Sequence record: LT960552.1
Length of the DNA: 64,000 nt
Reading direction: 5' to 3' (one strand)
Part shown: positions 8,057 to 16,253 of the stretch, in pieces
How the letters are laid out: each line of letters begins with the position of its first letter
Numbering within the stretch: position 1 is the stretch's first letter
Position numbers and translations under genes: made by a program
Notes under the pieces: generated by a model
The model's database searches: none
Told to the model about the DNA's origin: nothing
What the model saw: only the letters and a program-made list of their open reading frames with translations

Positions 8057-8398
8057 ATGAAAACTGAATTCTTCGCGACAAGAACATTGGCACGTAACGC
8101 CGTAGAAGCTCTTAATGGTAAGTTCAAAGATTTTGGTAAAGATGCTCCTACTGGCGAACGTTGGGCGGTGCTGGTGGATGAAGTACTAACAGTGCAAGAA
8201 CCAGAAGTTAAAAGTACTAACGAATTGCATTTTGATTTCGTTAATACATTAGCTGATGATGCAGCTAAAGCATTAAATCAGCCTACTGGTATTCGTGGAG
8301 AGCAAACATTAACAACTCCTAACAAGAAGCCTGTACGTGTCTTGTGGCGGCGTTCAATGGTAGCAGTACGTTTGTCTGCACTTCTCTCTAAAGTGTAA
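8057..8398 (+). CDS. hypothetical phage protein
   Basis: start refined to ATG after GAGG. Confidence 0.8.
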   Translation: MKTEFFATRTLARNAVEALNGKFKDFGKDAPTGERWAVLVDEVLTVQEPEVKSTNELHFDFVNTLADDAAKALNQPTGIRGEQTLTTPNKKPVRVLWRRSMVAVRLSALLSKV

Positions 8399-8447
8399 TA
8401 CAACTACTTGGGGGCATGATATGCCCCTAATTATTAAGTGAGATCAT

Positions 8448-8690
8448 ATGAAGAAATATGTAATTGATAATACACAATTACGCATACATTTCAAGGCACA
8501 AACAAAAGTACTTGATAAGGCTATTCGTATTGTGAAAGATTATAATAATGGAAGTGTTAGAGCTAGACGGTTAGGGTGTGGTTTATTTTCAGTAATAGAT
8601 GTATCACATAACGAACGGATCGTTATTAAAAATAAAACACTTAATTTAATGACTCATGAACAATATAATAAATTCGTCGAACGACGTTGA
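8448..8690 (+). CDS. ParE/RelE-like toxin-fold protein (orphan)
   Basis: pattern KA..v..y..G.v.aRRL..G..S.i.V...ER....LMTHEQYNK recalls prophage 'ParE family toxin-like' proteins. Confidence 0.55.
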   Translation: MKKYVIDNTQLRIHFKAQTKVLDKAIRIVKDYNNGSVRARRLGCGLFSVIDVSHNERIVIKNKTLNLMTHEQYNKFVERR

Positions 8691-8746
8691 CATAATCCCC
8701 TAAATATGTATAATAATAATTATACACGATTAGGGGATTTTTTATT

Positions 8747-9484
8747 ATGCCTGATAAATTTAAACATAAGAATGGTGCTACTATAGCAGGTCATGCCGAT
8801 AAGTGGAGTGATGAAAACCGTTCGAGTTCCAGCCATGCCGCAGGGCAAGGAAGTAAAGGAAGTAGAAATCAAGGTACTGGAATAAAAGGTAAACAAAACA
8901 CTATAGCATCACAAGGGATTGATACATCTAAAATGGATAAGTCCGAAAAATTAAAGTACTTTAATTCTTTGGGATTACTTGAACCAAAACAAGAATTATC
9001 AATTAAAACGTGGCCTGAAACATTACGTAAAGTTTTTAAAGACGAACCAGTATATATTAAAGATATTACTACCGCTATAAAGTCTATTGAACCCGCAAGA
9101 TATCAACAAGCCATTCAATCCGCATTCAATGCTTACAACGAAATTACAAAACAATCAGATGATGTTTATGATATATATGCCGCTATAATGCAAGAGTTAC
9201 AACCTATTTCAGAACAAATAGAAAAACGTTCTCCAAATAATAATACAGCTATAAAAAGTGTAATGACTTCTCAAGAATTTATTGAAACTAATGATGATAT
9301 TCCTGTAAAGTACTTGCAACAATTAATTAAACAAGCTGAACAATTTCATGATGTTGAAGGGGCATTAGCTTATATTACAATGGGTAGAGATAACGCCACC
9401 AATCCAGATGATATAAGAGATGTATATAATTCAATGGTTAATACTGCTGATAACTTAAGTGATATAGGTTTTGATTTAAAATAA
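8747..9484 (+). CDS. hypothetical protein, low-complexity N-terminus
   Basis: long ORF, GGGGA RBS. Confidence 0.8.
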   Translation: MPDKFKHKNGATIAGHADKWSDENRSSSSHAAGQGSKGSRNQGTGIKGKQNTIASQGIDTSKMDKSEKLKYFNSLGLLEPKQELSIKTWPETLRKVFKDEPVYIKDITTAIKSIEPARYQQAIQSAFNAYNEITKQSDDVYDIYAAIMQELQPISEQIEKRSPNNNTAIKSVMTSQEFIETNDDIPVKYLQQLIKQAEQFHDVEGALAYITMGRDNATNPDDIRDVYNSMVNTADNLSDIGFDLK

Positions 9485-9550
9485 AATAAAGGGTTGACTT
9501 ATGTTAACCCTTTTGCTATTGTATCAGTACTGAAACATAAGGAATATATT

Positions 9551-9901
9551 ATGAAAAAGTTATTATTACTCGCTGCATTGTTTAGTACTACAGTTTCAGC
9601 TCAAACATTTACATGTGATAACTTTACTCTGTATCAAGGTATCGGAAATAATCAATACAGACAAGTAGATGATGCAGGTGTACAATCATCTTTGATTATT
9701 ACTATTGAAAGTACTGAACCATTGATTACCGTTTCTGTACAAGGTGATAAAGAAGTAGTGCAATTCTGGAAAGATTATAATGTATACAGAAATGTAACTG
9801 GTGAAATTTCACAAGATGGTAATAATTTTATAATGAAAACAGCTATACAAGATAGTACTGGATTTTATATACCTGTTAAAATTGAGTACCATTGTAAATG
9901 A
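9551..9901 (+). CDS. secreted/periplasmic protein
   Basis: signal peptide MKKLLLLAALFSTTVSA; start refined. Confidence 0.8.
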   Translation: MKKLLLLAALFSTTVSAQTFTCDNFTLYQGIGNNQYRQVDDAGVQSSLIITIESTEPLITVSVQGDKEVVQFWKDYNVYRNVTGEISQDGNNFIMKTAIQDSTGFYIPVKIEYHCK

Positions 9902-10095
9902 AATTATCATTTCAATTTATGCAAAAACGTGTACAGTACTTAAGTACTAAACTTAAAGCATCATTTGAATTACAATATACTATTAACCAGAATTATCATT
10001 TAATGAAGAATGGAAGATTCATTGTTATGGATCAACCGCTTGAAGTACTGGAAATAGTAGTAAGTGCATTATTAAGTAATAACATTAAAAAATAA
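9898..10095 (+). CDS. hypothetical protein
   Basis: start overlaps the upstream stop. Confidence 0.65.
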   Translation: MKLSFQFMQKRVQYLSTKLKASFELQYTINQNYHLMKNGRFIVMDQPLEVLEIVVSALLSNNIKK

Positions 10096-10102
10096 TTAAA
10101 TC

Positions 10103-10137
10103 AAGGGTTGACATATGTTAACCCTTTTTGCTATACT
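10103..10137 (+). promoter_or_regulatory. fused terminator/promoter cassette
   Basis: AAGGGTTGAC-atat-GTTAACCC-TTTTT, TTGACA-18-TATACT. Confidence 0.8.
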
Positions 10138-10145
10138 ACTATCAA

Positions 10146-10189
10146 TCCAGCGAAATGGACTAACCCTATAGGGTGTATAGTTATGTCAG
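10146..10189 (+). ncRNA. two-hairpin element, copy H
   Basis: TCCA-GCGAAA-TGGA cta ACCC-TATA-GGGT. Confidence 0.65.
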
Positions 10190-10342
10190 TACTTTTATTA
10201 TATGCATAGAAAAAGAATTTAAAAATAAAATGAAAAAGTACTTGTGTTAGATGCTGGTTGTGTTATTATAACTACATCGAGAGGCGGCAATCTCTTGATA
10301 AACAAAAATCAAAAAACATTTTAAGAGAGAGAGAGAAAAATC

Positions 10343-10672
10343 ATGGCTAACTTCAACAAAGATAACTCTGTATTACGCACTGCTGCTCACACACTGAAAG
10401 TAGGTACAATTGTAGTACATAATTATACTACATTCTGTCATGGTGTTATCGTAAGTTATGCAAAAAATGGTGATTACAACGTTTACTTTCCTGAAGATAT
10501 GGCTCCTGCAATGCCTAAGTATCAGGCTAATACAGAAGAAGCTCGTGCGAATCGTACTCGCACACTAACTTCACGTACTGGTTTCTTTGTAAGCAAACAC
10601 AAATCTTTCCCTGCAATTCGAGAATTGCAACGCCAGTACCGCCTCAAAGGTACTGCACTGGAAGCATTATAA
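10343..10672 (+). CDS. hypothetical protein
   Basis: ORF, own promoter. Confidence 0.8.
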   Translation: MANFNKDNSVLRTAAHTLKVGTIVVHNYTTFCHGVIVSYAKNGDYNVYFPEDMAPAMPKYQANTEEARANRTRTLTSRTGFFVSKHKSFPAIRELQRQYRLKGTALEAL

Positions 10673-10744
10673 TAATTCATAAATGGGGTGACAAAGCTCA
10701 CCCCGTTTGATATACTATCAGTACTTAATCAGGAGTACAATATC

Positions 10745-10966
10745 ATGCTTAAAGATTTAATTGAAGAACTTAACAGAGTACCTACTGAATCAGAACAACA
10801 AGCAGGTTTAAAACTTCATGATCTATGTATTCAAAATGATCTTGAAATTCCAGAAGTACTAATGACATTAAATTATTTTCGTGGTATCGAACCAGAATTG
10901 ATTGTATCAAAGATTAATGCTGTCAGTACTCCATTAATCGAAAATGCTATGTATGTAATGCATTAA
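10745..10966 (+). CDS. hypothetical protein
   Basis: start refined after AGGAG. Confidence 0.75.
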   Translation: MLKDLIEELNRVPTESEQQAGLKLHDLCIQNDLEIPEVLMTLNYFRGIEPELIVSKINAVSTPLIENAMYVMH

Positions 10967-10976
10967 TTTAAAATAA

Positions 10977-11009
10977 AGGCTTGACACGTTCAAGCCTTTT
11001 TGTTATAGT
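10977..11009 (+). promoter_or_regulatory. fused terminator/promoter cassette
   Basis: AGGCTTGA-cacgt-TCAAGCCT-TTTT, TTGACA-17-TATAGT. Confidence 0.8.
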
Positions 11010-11017
11010 ACTATCAA

Positions 11018-11061
11018 TGAGGAATAACTCACTAACCCTATAGGGTGTATAAGTGTATCTA
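11018..11061 (+). ncRNA. two-hairpin element, copy I
   Basis: TGAG-GAATAA-CTCA cta ACCC-TATA-GGGT (hairpin-1 stem recoded but still paired). Confidence 0.65.
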
Positions 11062-11144
11062 TAATAAAATAATTAAAATTCAAATGAAAAAAGTACTTGC
11101 AATATAATTTTAGTACTGTATAATGTTTTACATAGAAAGAAAAT

Positions 11145-11378
11145 ATGGAAAAAATTATGTTTACAAAATTAACTGATAAAATCAATCGTGAGTTACTTCG
11201 AAATGGTACACGTATATCGCGTGAAACATCTGATGCTACTATCACTATTGGTTATACTACTGGTGGATATTCAGTATTTGAATTCGATAAAAAGGGGGAA
11301 CTTATTGATCATCATTATTCCTTTCATTTGAATTATGCTTACAATATGTTTAAGCGTCAATGTAAAAAGTACTTGTAA
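11145..11378 (+). CDS. hypothetical protein
   Basis: ORF, own promoter. Confidence 0.7.
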   Translation: MEKIMFTKLTDKINRELLRNGTRISRETSDATITIGYTTGGYSVFEFDKKGELIDHHYSFHLNYAYNMFKRQCKKYL

Positions 11379-11450
11379 TAAGTTATCAGTACTGTATACT
11401 TAGTATATGAATTAGGGAATGTTCCTTAATCGATGGTGGAGGTTTTAATT

Positions 11451-11831
11451 ATGAAATATGGCGTAAGAATTAACAATCACAAAGATATCACTTGGTGTAG
11501 TTGTAAAGCAAAAGCTGAAAGTATCTTCAATGGTTATTATGATGCAGTACTGTTTATTGGTACTGACAGCGATCACTTGGCATATCGGTTTAAAGCTAAT
11601 AACTATGAAATCGATGAATACATTTATGCACAAGAAAATGGATGCAGTGACGGTAACTTTATAGCAGTAGTTGAAGACAAACAAGGTAATGTGTTATATC
11701 ATTCTACTATTGAGGGGCGTGGAAAGTGTAGTGATATTCTTGTAGCAATTTCCGAGGCACTTACTGCGTCAAAAGTAGAGCATTCTTATATGTGTATAGA
11801 TGAAACATTACAATTAGAGACTTGGGGATAA
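11451..11831 (+). CDS. hypothetical protein
   Basis: start refined after GGAGG. Confidence 0.75.
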   Translation: MKYGVRINNHKDITWCSCKAKAESIFNGYYDAVLFIGTDSDHLAYRFKANNYEIDEYIYAQENGCSDGNFIAVVEDKQGNVLYHSTIEGRGKCSDILVAISEALTASKVEHSYMCIDETLQLETWG

Positions 11832-11918
11832 AAGTACTTGCAATAAGTATTCAGTACTGTATAATGTATTACATAGGGTAAGCAATACCGCTTACCCATA
11901 TTAAGTGAGAATATTAAA

Positions 11919-12494
11919 ATGAAATTCAATGAACTGAACGCTGAACAACAAGCCGCTGCTATTGAGATACATCGTGATATTAATGTAGATCATCAAGACT
12001 GGCACGAGTATGTTAAATGTACACATCATTCTAACCTTGAAGCGGTAGGATTCGATGGTGTAGAGTCTGCTTATTCTGGTTTTTGGTCACAAGGTGATGG
12101 GGCAAGTTTTACCGCAAGTTCACTTGATATTGAAAAGTTTTTACGTTCACAAAAACGCTGGACTTACTATCGCGTATTACATGAAATGATTCGTATCAAT
12201 GAGTTGTGGGTAAAAGTTGTTAGAACTACTCATCGTTATTGTCATGAAAACACTACACAAGCCGAATTACACGGCGAGCATTACTTAAATTTAACTCCAC
12301 GTCAAGAAAAATTTTATGAAGAACTGGAAAAGGAAATAGATGCATATATCACTAATGCAGGACAAGAGTACTACAGTGCTCTTAATACTTCATATAATAA
12401 TATGACATCTGATGAAGAAGTAAAAGAAAGTATAATAGCTAATGAAATGGAATTCGAAGAAGATCCACGCGAGAGCTGTGTAACTTACCTTTAA
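11919..12494 (+). CDS. conserved mobile-element protein (YSGFWSQGDGASF motif)
   Basis: motif recalled from plasmid/ICE proteins often labelled 'antitoxin of TA stability system'; function unproven. Confidence 0.6.
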   Translation: MKFNELNAEQQAAAIEIHRDINVDHQDWHEYVKCTHHSNLEAVGFDGVESAYSGFWSQGDGASFTASSLDIEKFLRSQKRWTYYRVLHEMIRINELWVKVVRTTHRYCHENTTQAELHGEHYLNLTPRQEKFYEELEKEIDAYITNAGQEYYSALNTSYNNMTSDEEVKESIIANEMEFEEDPRESCVTYL

Positions 12495-12577
12495 AATATA
12501 TTAAAAGTACTATTGCATTACAGGTGATAGTACTTTATAATTAATTTTATCCAGTACATTATTAAGGAAACTGTATC

Positions 12578-12919
12578 ATGAGAAAACCAAACGTAGAACT
12601 AATGTGTGATTCACATCATGGCGTATATATTCCGCAAATTATGATCCCACGCTTGATCGCAAACGGCTGGCGTAACATTCCACAAGATGCATATAATATT
12701 GCAATTGCTGGACCATATAATGAACAAGATAATGATCAGTACTGGAGTATATGGGATGAAGTACTTGACAATGCAGAATGGCATGATGATCATACTTCTC
12801 AAATCTTTAAGTTATATCAAGACGGTGATGTATTTGCGTACTGTAAAGAATCAATGACTCCTACGGAATACTTTAACATGTTTGGGGAATTCCCTGAATG
12901 GTATAGTGAAGAAATTTAA
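12578..12919 (+). CDS. hypothetical phage protein
   Basis: ORF, AAGGA RBS, own promoter. Confidence 0.8.
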   Translation: MRKPNVELMCDSHHGVYIPQIMIPRLIANGWRNIPQDAYNIAIAGPYNEQDNDQYWSIWDEVLDNAEWHDDHTSQIFKLYQDGDVFAYCKESMTPTEYFNMFGEFPEWYSEEI

Positions 12920-13012
12920 ATTCAAAAAGTACTTGCAATAAGTATTCAGTACTGTATAATATTTTACATAGACACTAGATAACCTCGTGTTAAAGTAAAA
13001 GGAATAACGATC

Positions 13013-13360
13013 ATGACTGACATTGAAACTACTTTAAATGACTTAAATTCACAACTTGATAGACTCGTTATTAATTCAGATAAACACATAACTACTGTTG
13101 GTTATGTCTATGTTAGACCTTTTAACTTAGGCTTGCTGGTGGAACAACTACCAGAAGGTGTAAAAGTTGGTCCAGCAATGGGTGATACATTACCGACTAT
13201 ATTCTCTGAATACATGGCTAATGCTAATCTTTATCTAGTACAAAGTATTGCTAAAGAACCAGAAATCAAATATGTTTCTATTCAGCAGTACTTAACCGAT
13301 TCAATTGAAAGTACTGAAAACATTATCAAAATGATTAAATCATTGCAATCAGTAAATTAA
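13013..13360 (+). CDS. hypothetical protein
   Basis: ORF, own promoter. Confidence 0.8.
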   Translation: MTDIETTLNDLNSQLDRLVINSDKHITTVGYVYVRPFNLGLLVEQLPEGVKVGPAMGDTLPTIFSEYMANANLYLVQSIAKEPEIKYVSIQQYLTDSIESTENIIKMIKSLQSVN

Positions 13361-13367
13361 TTGAAAG

Positions 13368-13403
13368 AAGGGGTTGACTTCGGTTAACCCTTTTTGCTAT
13401 ACT
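13368..13403 (+). promoter_or_regulatory. fused terminator/promoter cassette
   Basis: same sequence as the 4570 cassette. Confidence 0.8.
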
Positions 13404-13411
13404 AATATTAC

Positions 13412-13455
13412 TCCAGAGAAATGGACTAACCCTATAGGGTGCAGAAATGTATCTA
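13412..13455 (+). ncRNA. two-hairpin element, copy J
   Basis: TCCA-GAGAAA-TGGA cta ACCC-TATA-GGGT. Confidence 0.65.
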
Positions 13456-13574
13456 TATGATATAGTACTGTGTATTTGTACAGGAAAATAAATTAAAAAT
13501 TTAAATGAAAAAGAGCTTGCATTATATGCTGTAGCTGATAGAATGTAGTTATTGAAACAACGGGAGTAAATGAA

Positions 13575-13814
13575 ATGGCTAATAAAGAAGTAGAATTTAA
13601 AGTTAGAAAATGGTCAGAAACCAATGCTAAGCCGTTCGATGTAGTGCTGGTGGATCATTTAAAAAACAACCAACATTACCAACCACACGTAGAATTCAGT
13701 ACTATTGAAAATGCTGAAAAACACATGGAAACGTTGAGTACTTTAATTACAACCAATCCAGAACGCATTAACTTTATTCGTGACCATTGGCCGGTAGATG
13801 CGGGTATAGAATAA
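13575..13814 (+). CDS. hypothetical protein
   Basis: leader AAACAACGGGAGTAAATGAAATG identical to that of the 2273 gene. Confidence 0.8.
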   Translation: MANKEVEFKVRKWSETNAKPFDVVLVDHLKNNQHYQPHVEFSTIENAEKHMETLSTLITTNPERINFIRDHWPVDAGIE

Positions 13815-13897
13815 AAATTCAAACGAAAAAAGTACTTGACTATATCAGTTGAGTACTTTAAAATAGAATCTTAATCAACGCAATAGGAAACGAAATC

Positions 13898-14791
13898 ATG
13901 AAAATGTACAAAGGTATCGCAGGTAAAGCAATCAAAGAAAACCGCCCACTGCTAAGATCAGAACTGGAATTGGTTGTTCCCTCAATCTTTTCAAGTACTG
14001 GTCACGAATCACGTTCAGCCCGTTTTGCACCTGTTGCAACCATCGACGTTGTAGACCGTTTAGCAAAAGAAGGTTATCAACCATTCTTTGCTATTCAGTC
14101 CAATGTACGTGACGAATCTAAACGCGAATTCACTAAGCATATGCTGCGTTTCCGTCAACATGATGGCAAAACATCCGGCGAATCTAATGAGATCATTCTC
14201 GTTAACGCAAATGATGGAACAAGTGCATACCAATTAATGGCCGGTCAATTCCGTTTCGTTTGTGCTAATGGTCTGGTTATGGGTAACATGCAACATAACA
14301 CAAAAATCTATCACAAAGGTAACAATATCATGGATGACGTGATCGAAGGCGTCTATTCAGTAGTGAAAGATTTTGATAACATCGAACGTTATAAAGATGA
14401 AATGCAACTAATTCAATTGAATGATAACGAGCGTAAAACATTTGCTACCGCTGGTTATCTCATGAAAGAAGGATTACCAGAAAGCGGCTCACTCGATGAC
14501 TTTCTATATAATCCTTTACAATTGTTATCACGTTCAGGTCTAAACAGTCAAGATCAATATGATAACAGTTTGTATAGTACTTTTAATACTGTACAACAAC
14601 ACTTAATCAACGGTGGTCAACGCTCATTCATGGAAGATCGTAATGGTCGTACTCGCCGCCGTTCAAGTCGTGGCGTTACTAATATCAATAAGAATATTGA
14701 TATCAATAGTAACTTGTGGCAACTGGCAACGGCTCTTGTTGAGAAAAATACTAAAGTAGTACATGATATTGTTGATGCACAATTATCATAA
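13898..14791 (+). CDS. DUF932-family protein (plasmid leading-region type)
   Basis: 'VPSIFS..HESRS', 'EGYQPFFA.Q..VRD..KREFTKHMLR', 'EIILVN..DGTSAYQ..AG.FRFVC.NGLV'. Confidence 0.9.
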   Translation: MKMYKGIAGKAIKENRPLLRSELELVVPSIFSSTGHESRSARFAPVATIDVVDRLAKEGYQPFFAIQSNVRDESKREFTKHMLRFRQHDGKTSGESNEIILVNANDGTSAYQLMAGQFRFVCANGLVMGNMQHNTKIYHKGNNIMDDVIEGVYSVVKDFDNIERYKDEMQLIQLNDNERKTFATAGYLMKEGLPESGSLDDFLYNPLQLLSRSGLNSQDQYDNSLYSTFNTVQQHLINGGQRSFMEDRNGRTRRRSSRGVTNINKNIDINSNLWQLATALVEKNTKVVHDIVDAQLS

Positions 14792-14879
14792 CAAATAAGT
14801 ACTAAAATCATATAAGGGGTTGACTTAGGTTAACCCCTTTTGCTATACTTCTTTTATCGAAACAAACGAGGGTTAGCAA

Positions 14880-15215
14880 ATGTTAGAAGTATACATAAGT
14901 TCAGATTTAGTTTCAAATGGTAGAAATGAATTCGGTACTGAACAAGAAAAAACAGAGTACTACATCATTGCAGAATCTACAAATGGTCAACGTATTAGAT
15001 TAGATAGTGTGTCAGTTGTTAATAGAGAATACACTGATACACAATGTACTGAGTACTTAGAACGTATCGTTACTAAAATTAAAAATCATTTAGATGCTGG
15101 TGGTAAGTTAAATAAAAATTGTTGGTACGAAATAGATCCTTGCTATGGTTCACAACGTTATATCGATTTGGATAGTACTGGTTACTTTTATCAACGTGAG
15201 AAACTCGAAGATTAA
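14880..15215 (+). CDS. hypothetical protein
   Basis: ORF after terminator/promoter cassette 14815-14849. Confidence 0.8.
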   Translation: MLEVYISSDLVSNGRNEFGTEQEKTEYYIIAESTNGQRIRLDSVSVVNREYTDTQCTEYLERIVTKIKNHLDAGGKLNKNCWYEIDPCYGSQRYIDLDSTGYFYQREKLED

Positions 15216-15286
15216 TAATAATGGGGTTGACTATAGTTAGCCCCTTTTGTTATAATTCTTATACACCATCACGAAAGGAAAGAAAC

Positions 15287-15484
15287 ATGACCAGAGAAGA
15301 AAGAATTGAAGCCGCTCATAAAGTACTGTCATACAAACATCTTGAAATGATGGAAGCTATGGAAAGAGTACTAGGCACGTTTGGCGAAGAAAATAAAGAT
15401 AAATTCGCCGCCGTATATGATGAAGTTGAAAACATTCTTTATCCGCATGGTGCGGGTGAAGATGCAGTATACTGCGAAAATTAA
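15287..15484 (+). CDS. hypothetical protein
   Basis: start refined; cassette at 15222-15256. Confidence 0.75.
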   Translation: MTREERIEAAHKVLSYKHLEMMEAMERVLGTFGEENKDKFAAVYDEVENILYPHGAGEDAVYCEN

Positions 15485-15545
15485 TAATTGACAAACTCTG
15501 TCAGTACTGATATACTGGCAGAATATTAAATCAGAGGATACAATC

Positions 15546-15728
15546 ATGGTTCAAGTAGATATGACTGAATTGCGGAAACGTTGGTATGATCTGGCACGTT
15601 CAGGTACTGCTATCACTGGTGATAATAGAACGCTTTTCAATACACTTGATGGCTGGCAACGTCAAGAATTAAAAAATGCATATCTTAAAGGTATGACAGA
15701 TGAAGTGCAAGCATGGGATGAAGCATAA
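15546..15728 (+). CDS. hypothetical protein
   Basis: ORF, GAGGA RBS. Confidence 0.75.
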   Translation: MVQVDMTELRKRWYDLARSGTAITGDNRTLFNTLDGWQRQELKNAYLKGMTDEVQAWDEA

Positions 15729-15737
15729 TTAAAAATA

Positions 15738-15771
15738 AAGGCTTGACTTAGGTTAAGCCTTTTGCTATAGT
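15738..15771 (+). promoter_or_regulatory. fused terminator/promoter cassette
   Basis: AGGCTTGAC-ttag-GTTAAGCCT-TTT, TTGACT-17-TATAGT. Confidence 0.8.
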
Positions 15772-15779
15772 ACTATCAA

Positions 15780-15823
15780 TGCAGCGAAATGCACTAACCC
15801 TATAGGGTGCGGAGCTATGTCTG
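15780..15823 (+). ncRNA. two-hairpin element, copy K
   Basis: TGCA-GCGAAA-TGCA cta ACCC-TATA-GGGT (compensatory C-G to G-C). Confidence 0.65.
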
Positions 15824-15915
15824 TAAAAGATATTAAAATTCAAATGAAAAGTACTTGACCTATATAGCTGGTGGATGATATATTATTAGTACTGGATGCA
15901 AATGAGGGCAATACT

Positions 15916-16188
15916 ATGAAAGTTACTACACTGATTAAAAAGTTGTTTGGTCAAGACTCTATCGCTGATTACATGGAAGTACTGGAAGATGATGAAAAGA
16001 AATTAGTACTTGAGTATTATACAATTCAATCAGATGAAGATGCAAGTGAACCAGATTACTTTGTTAAGTTATGGCAGGATGGATTGTATACTGTCAAAAA
16101 CATTAACGGTGAAGTTATCGTGAATACATATAATGTAAGATTACTAAAAGAAAAGTTAAAAGTACTTGCAAACAATCATAAGGTTTAG
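15916..16188 (+). CDS. hypothetical protein
   Basis: start refined after GAGGG. Confidence 0.75.
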   Translation: MKVTTLIKKLFGQDSIADYMEVLEDDEKKLVLEYYTIQSDEDASEPDYFVKLWQDGLYTVKNINGEVIVNTYNVRLLKEKLKVLANNHKV

Positions 16189-16253
16189 TATTATATATAC
16201 ATCGAACGGGGACAGGGAACATAATGTTACCGCCTGATTCGGGAGATTCAATC

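Noticed and set aside
287-15823. Repeated element as a CRISPR or mini-array
   Set aside because: Copies are kb apart, separated by genes, in both orientations, and each has its own promoter. There is no repeat-spacer periodicity and no cas gene.
287-15823. Repeated element as a CsrA sponge or ToxI mimic
   Set aside because: GGA lies in the stem and is lost in several copies. There are no tandem ~36-nt pseudoknot repeats.
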